Positions 25,729 to 39,396 of a stretch of DNA of 64,000 nucleotides are shown here, piece after piece (position 1 is the first letter of the stretch; every line of letters begins with the position of its first letter). The stretch lies in contig NC_090348.1 of NCBI RefSeq assembly GCF_035084215.1, positions 34,162,001-34,226,000 of the forward strand, in the 5' to 3' direction. The notes under the pieces were generated by a model that did no database searches, was not told the origin of the DNA, and saw only the letters and a list, made by a program, of their open reading frames with translations. A program made the translations under genes and the position numbers. The stretch comes from Heptranchias perlo. Lineage: Eukaryota.

Positions 25729-28084
25729 AGTGTTTTTAAGAGTTAGTTTAAAGATACATTTACGGTTCTGCAGGTGTGGACACATAGAATGTCTGCTTCT
25801 TTGACGGTGAGTTCTTTTACTTCTGTGAAGGACTGTTCATAACTTACTCATGTTCACAATGGTCATTGGTGATTGATTTTTTTTATACTCCTGAAGGAAT
25901 TTTTGGAATACCGCTTATTTCTTTATGCCACACAGTAATGGCATAGCAACTAGGGAAATTGCCAAAAGTTAGCAAATAGTTCAATTCCCTGGCCAAACCC
26001 GCCAGTGCAGATTGTCTCATGTTACATGCCTGAGCTGTGCCCAACATGGACTCCTTGCCAGATATCCAAACTACCAAGTAGGTTATGCCCCAACAATCTC
26101 AGGAACAAAATGGTACCTGCAAAGGTCTAGAGAAGAGATATTAAATCCAAAAAACAGAAAATTAATTGAGCTGAATTCAAGCACTCTTGCTACATGCAGC
26201 CTATTGTTGTGGGCTCACCTGACAAGTGCCAGTTTTGCATAGAAATACGTAGAAGTTTCTACACAGGAACAGGCCATTCAGCCCAACCAGTTCGTGTTGG
26301 CGTTTACCCTCCTAGCAAGCCTCTAATGACAGTAACCTTCAATGTGACTTAATCAAGCAACCATGCAATCTCCTGGTTGTGTGAAACAATCATTACATAT
26401 CACGTGCAAACTCAAAGGCCTTCAGACCATTAAAATACGCAGGAATGTATAAGGAGAATCACAGAGAAGGTGGATGGAATCTTGGAGAAAGATCAAATGG
26501 GGGATCTTGGGGATATAATTACCTTATGGCTATGTTAGGGTCCGGTATGTTTATTAGTATGCACCAGTGTTGTCAACTCTGACATTAGCTTGATCTTTCA
26601 CTGTCCAGAAAAACATGTTGGTGATAAATTAAATAAGTTTTTGCATTAGGATTTTTTTTTGTGCATATCAAACTAAGGGATATCAATATTGGATACTGAG
26701 CACTTACTTATTTTAGGCACCACTGTCAACATCAAGCACTCTCAGGTCAAGTGTAGTGGAAGGACAAAAATTTCTCTTCTTTGTCCCAACAATTGACCAC
26801 CTCTTACTGCATTTTTCCAATTCTCACAGTAGTCATTCTTTGGTCTCTCAGTGAGATTGCTAATTTAATGTCATAATAAGCAATCTTCCTGTGTTATTGG
26901 AGCTCGATTGAAACTACACAAATTTGACACTACTAAACTCTGTGATCAGGCAATGAGTATAATCGACATGAATAGCATTTAAAGAACCAATTAAGCAGAA
27001 GGGGTAGAGTGACATCTGGATTTGAATGTAACTCTAAAGTAATGCATATGGAAAAGGGAAACAGAATATGCAGATACAATGAAGGGATGCTTACTTGGAT
27101 GTGAATTTATAAACAGAGTTATGGGTTCAGGATCAGTAATGACTATAGGTTAAACATAGTTTATGTTACTCATGTGCTCTTGCAAGTCAGAGCCATAGTC
27201 ACTTTAATAAAATGCTGTGAAGTCCTTTGACCTAATTTTTTCTCCATAAAGTTAGAAAAAAAGACACGAATTGACAGGTTTTGCACTAAAATATTGGGAT
27301 ATATTAACTTTCTTAAATCTAGATTCTCTATTTTTTCTGCATGTGTGTCAGAAATACTTCATAGCACACTTCTTTCAAAACCCCATTAATATATTTCATT
27401 TATTTTACATATTCTATCTTTCATATTATACCCTTTAGTCACTTTTCTTTTCAACCCTCCTTAATGGTAGTATTAGATATGAATGTTCCCTAGTACAGGG
27501 AGAAACCTCTGTTTGAAGAGTTTCATCTCTTTTAAGTACAGTACCATGATTCCAATCTACAACGGCAAAAAGGGATTGATGGTAATCCCTTCTACTTTCT
27601 GTAATCATTTGCCTTATGAAGTATCTGATCACTTTTGTCACACTTCCATAGTGAGAACTAACATCTAAAAGAAAATACATCACAGTATTTTAGAAAAACC
27701 CGTTGTTTATTTCAGTTCCTCTGCTTGTGAACCTAAGCCCTCTTTGTTGGATGTGCTGGAGGACGATAATAGATGATCGACAGTGAGAGAGAAGACAGGT
27801 GCATTTTAATCTTGGGCATTATTATTAAATGATGTTTATATATGAATATTAGTCTCTTGGTCTATGATGTCATCTGAATATCGAGTTCAAATTACATCCA
27901 TGAGTCATTCCCAACCAAAATTCTAATTGTTTATAGCTCATATTTATTATACTACCCAAAAGCCTTCTAATCTTAGTGATATATTTTGGAGTTTACTGGA
28001 GTGTGCAGTGCCAGCAGATACAGGACCCTTTTGTAAGGAAGTGTATGTTAGCCTCTCTCTACTATTTGTCAAATATTAGTGGCA

Positions 28085-28810
28085 ATCTTGGCATCCTATT
28101 TACCCTGAGATGAGCTTCCGACCACAAATCCGCTCCATCAACAAAACCACCTACTTCCACCTCCTTAACATCGCCCATCTCTGCCCCTGCCTCAGCTCAT
28201 CTGCTGCTGAAACCCTCATCCATGCCTTTGTTACCTCTAGACTTGACTATTCCGATGTTCTCCTGGCCGGCCTCCCATCTTCCACCCTCCATAAACTTAA
28301 GCTTATCCAAAACTCTGCTGCCCGTATCTTAATTTGCACCACGTCCTGTTCGCCCATCACCCCTGTGCTCACTGACCTACATTGGCTCCAGGTCCCTGAA
28401 TGCCTTGATTTTAAAATTCTCCTCCTTGTTTTCAAATCCCTCCATGGCTTCGCCCCTTCCTATCTCTGTAACTTCCTCCAGCTCTACAACCCTCCGAGAT
28501 CTGTGCGCTTCTCAAATTCTTGCCTCTTGTGCATCCCCGATTTTAATTGCTCTACCATTGGCGGCCGTGCCTTCAGCTGCTTAGGCCCTAATCTCTGGAA
28601 TTTGGTCCCTAAACCTCTGCCTCTCTACCTCTCTCTCCTCCTTTAAGATGGTTCTTAAAACCTACCTCTTTGACCAAGCTTTTGGTCACCTGCCCTAATA
28701 TCTCCTTATGTGGCTCGGTGTCAAATTTTGTTTAATAATCGCTCCCGTGAAGCGCCTTGGAATGTTTTACCACGTTAAAGGAGCTATATAAATGCAAGTT
28801 GTTGTTGTTG
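28085..28810 (+). mobile_element. L2-clade LINE 3' fragment with (GTT)n tail
   Basis: AAETLIHAFVTSRLDYS...IQNSAARIL...LHWL...GGRAFS; ends aaatgcaagttgttgttgttg. Confidence 0.9.
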
Positions 28811-29332
28811 AGTTCAATGCTCATTATAACATAAAATATAGTGCATCTTATTTGCAGGCTATAAATGGAGAAAACATTACCATCAATTTTCTAGTTATAT
28901 GCTAATGATGTTTATTGTCTTTGGTTTTCGTCATAACCAATCTTATTCCTTTTGCTTTTTCTCAGAATTACAGTTCCCTAAAACTAGGCTTGAATATGTG
29001 TAACTTCAATACAACGTGCAACAACTAATAAACATAGATTTTGAATTATACCTTTAATTGTGTGTCACCCCTGATCAATCCCATTTGGTAATTTTATTGT
29101 TGCGGGCAATAATTTACTGAGGATCGTGGTACAACATAGCAAAATTTGTGTCATTTTGACCTTATTTGTTGCTAAGCAACTTTCTGACTACTTGATGGAT
29201 AAGGAGACTTCAAAGCAATTAGAACTGATTAGAAATTTGGTGTGCTATACATAACAGGTGATACAGTGATATCATTTCAAAATTGAGTTAAAGCTTTCTC
29301 AAGTAAAATAAACCCAATAATTGATTCTATAG

Positions 29333-29745
29333 AAAGAAGAACTTGCATTTATATAGTGCCTTTCACAGCCTCAGGATATTTCAAAGTACTTTATAGCAAT
29401 GAATTACTTTTGAAGTGTTCTCACCATTGGAATGTAGGAAACACAGCAGCCAATTTGTGCACAGCAAAGTGCCGTAAACAGCAATGTGATAATGACCAGA
29501 TCATCTGTTTTCAGGTGTTGGTTGAGGGATAAATATAGGCCAGGACACCAGGGAGAACTCCCCTGCTCTTCTTTGAATAGTGCTGTGGGGTATGCAAGGC
29601 CTCAGTTTAATGTCTCATCTGAAATACGGCACCTCCGACAATACAGCATTTCCTCAGCTTATGTGCTCAAGTCTCTGTAGTGAGGCTTGAACCCACAACC
29701 TTCTGACTCAGAGGTGAGAGTGCTACAACTGAGCCATGGCTTACA
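29333..29745 (-). mobile_element. tRNA-derived SINE (SacSINE1-like)
   Basis: Homologous to 21841-22286; B-box-like gggttcaagcc on the minus strand. Confidence 0.8.
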
Positions 29746-32700
29746 TCTTGAGTCAATGAGCTTTAATAATGTATTAAAAAGATAATTTTGTTTCATCTAA
29801 ACAAAAAATAAACTCTGAACTGGAAGAACCTACTCAAACTGCTTGTGGATTTTTGGTATCATGACAGTATTGCACTGGTTAATATTATTAGCTAATATTA
29901 CAAGTGAAACTATAAATTTCATACATTCAATAGTTGAAATACTACTGTTGAAAGTACCAATAGTTCTATTGGTGTGGGTCTGTCCACACATCTCACTGAG
30001 TTGTCCCTAAGGTTTCAGAAGCCATCCTGCTCCAAAATAAAATGAATGACCTGGCAGAATTCCTTACTTAGGATAACTTCAATTATGGAAATTTAAAAGT
30101 CAAGCGATCCCTCTCAAGATAACCCTGGATAGACACACCAGTGTTCTATAACATGCTTGAGTCTCGTGATCTTAGGGAGATGCCAGAGCCCAGATGCTTT
30201 CCAAAGGAGAACAATGCAATGTAAAACTATCCTGGTTCTTCTTGTGCACCTCCCAGAAGCCATCTTAAAGCAGGACTAATGTTGGCCTGGCAGCAGGTCA
30301 ACTGCCCTTTCAAATTACAACCTATGAAAGACACAGAAAATGTTATGGAGATGAACATTTTTTTTAAATGTACAACATTATTTTAACACATTGTCATTGA
30401 TACTTTTTCATTCATATCTTTAAAGTGTTTGAAACATAATTGGATTACCAGCTATAATTACCCAGGGCAATGTGTGTGTGTGTGTGTGCGCATGCGCGTG
30501 CATGTGTGCTGGGGTGGGGGGGGGAGGGAAGCAGGAGGAGCTGAAATTGGTCTTCGTGCCCCTGGCCTAAGGAAGAGAAAATCAGCCAAGGTTCCTGTCC
30601 ACTCGCCAAATAGTGAATAGCTAAGCCATCTAAATCAGAATGTCAGAAGTTTGATCACTAGTCTGTATAGAATTAGCTGCTCTTAGTTGTAGATGCTAAA
30701 ACTTAGGGGTAAAAGGTTAGGGAGGGGAATATTGGCCAGGGTTTATGCTCATGATTGGTATCTAGAAACATTTGCGGGAAGTGCATGTGTGGACATCAGG
30801 TCAGAAAAGGATGGGCTCGGCTGCCCAGAGTCCTGTACAGTTGGTCACGATGTCCTCGGTTCAACATGTAGTTCAACATTTGATTGACTTTGTTGAATGT
30901 TGCTTTGTTGTTTTCTTTTTGGACATGTTGAGCTTTGAATCTAAGGCTATGTTTTCAGCAGCATTCATGGAGTATGTTGTTGGTTATTTTTTCCTCCTAG
31001 GTGCAGTACTATATACTTGTGTAGATTCTTGTAAAATTAATTGGATAGGTACAATTTAAAGTCCTGTTGTACAGATTACTTGTCTGCTCCCCACCTTTTA
31101 CTGAAGGCATCAACTGTTACTGGGCTACAGTTCCACAGACCCTGGCCACTATCGGACATTATTGGTGTGAGCATAAATAGGCAATTTAACACTGAGGAGC
31201 ATCACTCAGCTGCTCCTTGCACCTAATAGCCACACACATGCACTTTCCAGCAGGAGTCACTGGATAATGATCAGGAGTGGGAATTCTAACTGATTTTCCC
31301 CCTCTCGAACAAAAAAAAATTGTTGAGGCCAAGAGTAGTGCACTTATGCCAATTGAACAGAAATCAACTAGCTCAGCACAGACGGAGATCAAAACTGGGA
31401 CCTACCTGGTCTGGACAGCTCAACTCCACACCTGCAGGACACCTATCAACTGTGGCACAGGGAAGCTCTTAGAGTTTTGATTGGTCAGTACTAATTAAAT
31501 TAATATTTCAGTTGTGAAAATGAGAAGCATTTAAGTTTGCACAACATATATTTTAAGAGTGAAGGAATGAAAACAAATGAGAATTATGTAAGAATAGGGA
31601 AGATTTTGCAAGCCAACGAAAGATGGAAAGTGCTGCTAACGTGAAGGCATTTCACGATAGACAGAACTAGTTCTATATAGCAGTTAAATCATCTGATCAG
31701 AGGTCACGTATCTTTAAATTAGTATCATCCATACTCTAGATTTAATGTTGTGAAAATACGATTGTTACATTGCCACCTTTGACAGAGAAGTTCGACAGTC
31801 TCAGTTAAATCTTCTGGGGATGTATGTCTGACTGCACTTCCACACTCATCCTCCTGGCACGTTAACCAAGACTAGACAGACATCATTAGGCTGATTTGGA
31901 TTGCCCTTTCCTCATAATGAAGGACAGCATAGCATTTGGAATTTATCACATGGGAATCCGATTACTCTCTGCTGCAGTGTTAAGCAAACTGCTATGTTAC
32001 ATGACCATTCTGGCAATTAGATGAAGACAAAATTTTGTGTGTCAGAAGACAAAAACACCAGGATTGCAAGAAAGTTTAAATTATTTGATTGAAATAGCAC
32101 CAAATGTAATATTTCAAACTGCAAAAATAGTCTACTTAATGCCAAGTTACATTTACATTGAAATTGGAAATTTTGTTACTTAGGAGCTTGTTACATCAGA
32201 ATCAAATCCCCATTTACAATATTCACCTGCTGGTAGGCCATAGCCTCCAAAACTGAATGGTCACTGTTTATACTACAAACATCAACTGGTAGTTCGCTCA
32301 CCCAGTTTAGTTGTGTGAATACCCAATCATCTCATTATGGCAAGGTAGTTAATAGCCTTTCAAAGCCACTTCAGTTTTGATTGATGGGCTAGGTAATGTA
32401 ATCTGCTCCTTACCACAATGCTGTCTTGAGATCATGGATATAAGATTCCTAAATTTTGAACCTTCCTATTTAGTCTGTTGAAATGTAATCCTAGGAATAG
32501 AGTTTCATTGCAGTAATTTAAGCTCAATATCTCTATTGTTTCATGTTTTAAGTTCCAAATGGCCAAAAGTTTAGACAGCACACAATAAAATAATTTACAC
32601 AAAACTACTTATTTTGAATGCCTATTCTGAGTAAATAGTTTAACTACCATCAGGTATCAACACATTTGTGTCCCCACTCCTTATACACCCATCAACCATA

Positions 32701-33774
32701 ATAAGAAAAAAAATCGATGTACCATACAAACAGGGGTCCTAAGACTGTACAACAAGAGCAGTGGCATTTGTACATGTGCATGCCACAGACTAACTCTTCC
32801 AGTTGACAGTTTTGAACCATGATTTTATTTTTGTTGAATGCATTCATTTTGCTAACACCCATATTTGTGCAATGTGGCTGTATATCCATCTCAGACATTA
32901 GGCTCATACTGGTTCTTCTGGATTTTTAAACTTGGTTTTTCACCTCTCCCAGGAGGTCACATCGTTTTGGGTGGGGTGGAGAATGTATATATGATACACA
33001 AAGTATCACAATTGTTTGGGACAGGCTGGATGGACCAGAGGGTCTCTTCCTGTCAGTCATTGTTTGTATGTTCGTGACATCCTATGAAAAGTAGATACAT
33101 ACAAATATACTTGTGCCAGTATCACAAATCCACGCCAGAAGTATAGGAAGATTTCTGGATAGTTACACGGTAGAGTTTATTAGTGCAGCTATTATGGAAA
33201 CCACTTGTTTGAACAGAAATGTACATAGTTGTCTTAGTGTATAAAAAGTCAAATAAAAAAAATAAATAGCTCAGGTGTCCTATCTCCTACACTCGTCTTT
33301 TTCAAATGTCTCAGCACATTTCCAAATAAGTGAATGAAAGTACTACAGAGAAGTTTGTCTGAACACTTCACACAACATGTACCTAGGTCTTATTCCCAGG
33401 GTAACAGTTTTTTGGTTGCCAATCATAAAATAGATCAGACTCCACCTGAACTTAAAACAATTACCTTAAAAAGGACTGATTTTATATTTAGGCCAAACTT
33501 TAGCTAACATGAGCATGTTACAATATCAAACCAATACCAGTGCTTTCAAAGTAGGATCAATATTTGATTCGTGGTCTAGATTTTTTTTAAAAACAAAAAC
33601 AAACAGAACACTGAACATTTCATCAGGCCAGAGGATGGAGCAGATTATATCGTTGGTGTCATTTCCTTATTATTTAAGGCAAGCGAGTACTTGTCTGTAG
33701 GAGTGGTTTTAATAAGATGCATCTTTCAACAATATGGATCTTGAGTTTACAACAGTTCTTTTGCAATCAATTAT

Positions 33775-33853
33775 CTATGATACAACATCAATGGTGATAG
33801 CCTCTGAAACTCCTGTTCCTTGCTCTGTACATGTAACGTGCAGTGATCCATCC
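33775..33853 (-). CDS. HSPA14: HSPA14 coding exon 14 (last, ends in TAG)
   Basis: 79 nt; DGSLHVTCTEQGTGVSEAITIDVVS*. Confidence 0.95.
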
Positions 33854-36188
33854 CTTTAAAGAAGAAAAGTTATTGAATGAGTATCCAATTGAAAGACAGA
33901 CAATACCAACTCAGTAGTTATTTTTTGTAACCAGAGCTGTGGTGGTAGCGCAATGGCCACGGGTGGAGGGCAACTGGTAATATCCAGCCTTCAGCTGTTT
34001 TATTACTGTTTACTAATTTAATTAACTTATTCCAGGTTAGTTTCAATCTCTTTTCCAGAGGCTACTTACAACTGGATGATGTGAAAATTAGTGTGACCTA
34101 CTTCTGTAAAGAGAAGCAATCAGCATTACCAAGCTATCAAAATACTCATGAAGCTGAACAGAGAAGCAGAAAAATAGAGTTCAGTTCTTTGTGCCAATTG
34201 TTTTATTGCTACATTATTATAGCTCAGTGAAGGAGCAAATTTGGTAACATATGCAAATGGTGTTAAATTTATTCTGTACATGCTGCACAGAAATTTAAAT
34301 ACAACCAATTATTTTTATCTGAAACATTCTGAAAGTGATAAATTTGAGTTCAATGCAATGACAGGTCACTTACTGTGTATTAGAACAGTCATTTAACTCT
34401 TTCATTGCTACAGAAGACTTTATTCACCCATTCAAATATAAAATGAGTCACAAGCATAGCAAGATTAAAGAGAAAACATTATGAATGCATTAGAGCAATG
34501 CTTCCCAAATAGCAGACCCGAGTCATTTTAGGTGGATCATGCAGCAAATTGGCATGAGCATAGACCAGTCAGTCAAGTTTTGTCCTAATCATGAATCTTC
34601 TCATGGGCTGAATTGATCAATGATCAACTGTGATGTATGACTAGCTAGAAATTGAAGAGCTCTACGGAAAGGACAAAAGCACCTCTTTATTGCATCTGGG
34701 ACAAAAATGCACGGACACTGTGACCTTGATAATTGATGGGAGTCAGCTAAAAGGTTTTGCCCGACTTATAATGTCTTAATTTGGAGCGGAGACAAATTCC
34801 TATAGTGCAGCAAACTCTGGAGCGGTGACTGTTTAAACCTGAATCAACTATCAACACTGAGATGGGTGGTGATTCTTTTTGCTGTTTGTTTCTAATGTTC
34901 TGTCTTCAAGAAAAAGAACCTCCAATTAAATTTTAATGTAACTACTAAATTGTTCACTTTTGTTGTTCATTTAAACAGTTATTTAGCAAGTTTTCGCTCT
35001 TCAGGTACCCCAGTTTAGTGGCAGTTTATGGTGCAGAGTGGTGTGAGGACTGGGAGCCTGGCTCTCAGGTTGCACTATTATATTTTAACACACTTTTAAA
35101 TAGATGTCATCGGCTCATGATTCGGTCACATCAAAGGCACATCCAAAAATAAACAGTCCAAGCTACACTAAATCTCTCCACCTCTCTCTCTCCTCCTTTG
35201 AGACACTCCTTAAAACCTACTTCTTTGACCAAGCTGACCTGTCCTAATGTTTGATAACTCTCCTGTGAAGCACCTTGGGACGTTTTACTAAGTTGAAGGC
35301 ATGTTGTTGTTGTGGACACTTATGAGCCTACCGATCTGCCATCAGATTAAGTGGCTCTCTTCTTCTATCCTTTAAAACAGAGGGGCCGATCCTGTTCATC
35401 GCAAGCATGCAGGCACACAGACTTGCACCTTGGGCCCAAGTACAACTTCTTCTAGTACCAAGTAATGGGGTTAGTATGCTTTTCATTTTTTGTCATTTAG
35501 AACTCAGTAATATTAATGGCCGAGGTAAGTACGTCTTGATTGAATATCATTGGGAATCCTTGCATTAGAATGAGTAAGCATAATATGGTACCTCTTGGTT
35601 CACTTTAAACTCAGTTCAAATTTTCCACCCAAAGTAGCTCAAGTCTTTTCACTTACTTTTAATAATCATAGCATCATTTGAACTCTGGTTATAAGTATTT
35701 CTCCTAGGTCCATGTATTCCTAGATGGCCAAGTGGCACATCCTGGTGCAGGTCTAAGTCATAGAAATTAGAAAAACCCAGGTTTGCTGACTTGTCTGTAT
35801 TGAATTAGCTAATATCAGCCCAAGCAGCATTTAGGGAGCTACAAACGACTATGGCACCCTAGACAAGGGAAGGGGAAAAAAATAGCAAGGCTTCTCTTTC
35901 CTAAAATCGTTATCTAGTGAATCTGGCTAGAAAGAACGCAAGGATGGACAGAGAAAGGACAAGATCAGGCTCAGACTTCATGCTTGAATGTCTATGAACA
36001 GTCACTAGCCTCACACATGAAGAACGGCCTGGGGTGGGGTGGGGACGGGACGGACAAAAGGAAACTGATGGCTGTGGAACCACACACCAGTTAAGGATCA
36101 ACACCTTTACGACAGAAAGTAGAAAATTAACAAAAAAAATCTCACGCATCATTCCCAAATTCCCCAAAAAACAAACTTCAAAACATAC

Positions 36189-36259
36189 CTTTTCATGGTA
36201 AGAACAGCTAAAATGTCATGGTTGCTGCCTTCCTTCAGTTGTAAATCTTTGAGTACAAT
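36189..36259 (-). CDS. HSPA14: HSPA14 coding exon 13
   Basis: 71 nt; IVLKDLQLKEGSNHDILAVLTMK(R); AG/GT bounded. Confidence 0.94.
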
Positions 36260-37516
36260 CTGGTCAATAAAACAAAATTAAGCAAAAGCTATGAAGTAGG
36301 TAGAAAGGTGTGCTGTAACTGGTCATCTTATCAAAGTAAAACAATTATTTTACACAATGCATTTCTCCCTCTTTATATCTGATTTCCAAGGTTTAAAGCT
36401 GATTTCATCTCAACTATTTGCAACTCAAGTTAATCCAAAAGTTGACACTTAGCTCTAACAGAAACACAATATTCAGGACATAATATGACCAAAAGTAATC
36501 CAGGTTTCCTTACACTATGTTGCACCCTATGAGTACTTAAATTTAATATTCCAGGGTTCTTGGGGATTATAGTGATGTAAATAAATAGCGGGGTGGGGAG
36601 GGAAAAAGAAAAACAGAAGCACCAATGTGCTCCTCGCCAATAACTTGTGGAACAATATACTAACAGCAGAATTAATCTCTACAATAAAATATATATGGAA
36701 TATAAAATCCTCAGACCCTGCTCTATAACAGTTGCTTGTTAAAACGTTTTTAAAACAGTCTTACCCCATTTGCTTACTGTTATTGTTTTGTCCATTTTGG
36801 ATTTTTTTTTTTTACATTCACACATTTTCTAATGTCATTATAAATATATTTTGATTACATTAAGGTTTTTTGGCTGGTTGTAATTGTGCTTGCATGTCAT
36901 GGGTTTAAAAGATTGAAGGAATTAGTTTTTGTTCCGAGGTTCAGCTGGGTCAGGGAACAAGGGGTTCTTCTCCACTAGTAGTCTTGCATTTAAAAAAAAA
37001 CTTCTCCAATTATGGTTTCTTATCTTTTTGGTCCTTCTCTATCATGTATCATTACGAGGCAATAGGAGGGGCAGAAGACCTACACCCAGGTGATATGATT
37101 TTAACCAAACCACTGGACAGGCAGATTACAACTTCCTTTAGAGAAGCACCGTAGCTTTACTCAACACCTCCCTTGATGGCCCAGTTGAGAATAAGAACTC
37201 ACCACTACATCACAAATCACAGAAAACAAACATATATAAACAATGCAAGGAAACGCATTGTTTTGTCATAAATGCCAAATACTGCATCAACTGAATGACA
37301 CAAATGGAGTGATCTAAACCTAAACAGCATTCCAAAACTTCACTAGCATCCTCTAGTGGCACAAAACCATACATTTATCATGTGTTATGCAGGTTTTAGC
37401 CAAAACAGTCACAACAAAATCCACTCAGCTTCAGTGTTAACCTTGTACTTGGACGATGGGAGAAGATTTTCTATCTGCACTATGTGTAACAAAATCATAA
37501 ATAGTTCCACATTTAT

Positions 37517-37604
37517 CTGAGGAAGGAGGAAGCCTCCGAAAGCTTGTGGATTTTAAAATAAAATTGTTGGACTATAACTTGGTGTTGTAAAATTGTTTAC
37601 AATT
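37517..37604 (+). mobile_element. Solo 5'-truncated family-A Penelope-like fragment with a hammerhead core
   Basis: CTGAGGA-A-GGAGG(AAG)CCTCC-GAAA-GCTT-GTGGA, followed by the same 3' sequence as the 19.3-kb arms. Confidence 0.8.
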
Positions 37605-37874
37605 CATAAATAAAATCACAATTATATTAGATGTCACCAATTGTGAAAATAATTGAATTCTTTATAATAAATAATAATTTATTTTCTGTTAACCTTGAAG
37701 TTAGTCAGATTTGCATGGTTCCTAGCAGCCACATACACAGGGTAATGGCAGTGCCCTGGCACAAGCCCACCATCTCAGCTGCAGGCATCCAATGCAAAGA
37801 AAAGGGGAGGGGGAATTGCAAAAAAGGGGGAGAAACTTACCAAAATCCCTTGACAAAAGCACCTCAGCTCCCTT

Positions 37875-38275
37875 TGATGGCTTAGTGGATAAGTGCACCA
37901 CCTAGTGTGGCACTGAGCTATACAGACCAGAAGATCCCAGGTTCTGAATTAGCTCATCACAGCAGGGTTAGCATTTGGGACTACAATTGGCCTGAGTGCT
38001 CCTGGGCTAGAGATGGTGGGGAATGGGGAAAAAAGAACAGCCAGTGTTCCCACTCACCATCCAATGACTCCTGTTGGAAAATTCTTAAATGGACAACAGG
38101 ATGAGGACAGGGTCAGGCTTGGCTATGATGCCCTCGGTCAGACTTGGCTGTGATACCCTCCAAAACCAAATAGTTTGCCAACACTAACTGCCTAGGCTTA
38201 TACATGAAGAATGCTCACTTGAGGAGGCATGCCAGCACCTATGAAATATACACTAGCACAGACAGAGCTTTTAGG
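37875..38275 (+). mobile_element. Near full-length SINE-like family C copy
   Basis: tRNA-like head tggcttagtgg...cccaggttc; body shared with other copies; contains acatgaagaatgctcacttg. Confidence 0.65.
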
Positions 38276-38428
38276 AGAGATCTTTTATTTAATTGTTTCA
38301 AGGACTTCCTTCCCCTCCTCTCCCCTTGCCAAGTTCTAACTTCTATACACATGCAAGCAAATAGAAGGCTAGTCTGAGAAATAGACAGACAGTTATAGCA
38401 GTCAATAGCATGAAGAACAAAAACTGAC

Positions 38429-38602
38429 CTGTGCTAATTTGTTTCTTTCTGGTTCGCATTGCTTTTCCCCAGACTCATACAGCTCAAGGCACACAGAGGA
38501 AATATTTCCTGGTGCCTGAAATGCATGATGTCGTCTTGCTGGTAATGGAGTACCTGATGGAAACACTACAGTGTATGTATCAAATTTAGATTCATCACTC
38601 TC
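38429..38602 (-). CDS. HSPA14: HSPA14 coding exon 12
   Basis: 174 nt; [58 protein letters not shown]. Confidence 0.95.
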
Positions 38603-39180
38603 CTACAGGAAAACACAGGGTAAAAAAAAATAATTAAGATGCATGTGATTGCCTAAATGTGTAAATGAAGATGCTATAATAGAATCATTTACAAGGCAAA
38701 GTATCTTTGCTGATTGTTTTTTAAAATTATTTCTAACAGGTAGAAAAAACAATTTTCAATTTCCCCATCAAAACAATACACAGGGTATTCTTAAAAAAAG
38801 TTCCGAGCACAATCTTATTCCACTTCAATAAACCAGAATTTTAGTTATTTGCAACTTTGAGACTGCTACACAGCATTAAAACCCATGTTGAATGAAAATA
38901 CACAATATGGATAAGCATTACTGTAAATGAAATAGTAATGTGAGGGACAGCACAGCTAACAAATCAAAGAGTGGAAAATGAGGTAACTGACAAATAAATA
39001 CACTCCTTGATGCACTGGCTTAAATAAAAGCTGAATGTAAGTCATAGATTTCTAGCTATAAATTGCACACAGATGTGGTTTGGAGAATTAGATACTGCAC
39101 TGAAAGCATATCAAGTTACTTGGGATTAATGCTTTTTTTTAAATATAATTTCCCTGCAATCAGAAATCAGACTTTAATAC

Positions 39181-39396
39181 CTTAACAAGAATGTTTTGTG
39201 CGGAGCACTCCACAATGACAGCATCTTCCTCTAGTCCATTATTCTCCTTCCCCAAAAGCATAGCAGCCTCAATAGCTGCACCAACAGCTATCACTTCGTC
39301 TGAAGGGATGGAGTTAAACAAATCAACATCTAGGAACAGATCTCGAATCATCTGCTGCAATTTTGGAATACGAGCAGAGCCCCCACAAAGAACAAC
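39181..39396 (-). CDS. HSPA14: HSPA14 coding exon 11
   Basis: 216 nt; [21 protein letters not shown]...[15 protein letters not shown]...NILVK; Hsp70 adenosine and connect-2 motifs. Confidence 0.96.

Noticed and set aside
32820-33185. HSPA14 poly(A) signal (minus-strand AATAAA near 33176 and 32824)
   Set aside because: Plausible, but several candidates exist in AT-rich DNA and none can be chosen without 3'-end data
19600-33700. Additional protein-coding gene between HSPA14 and SUV39H2
   Set aside because: Only repeat-derived or short random ORFs; no recognisable exons, though small exons or lncRNAs cannot be excluded
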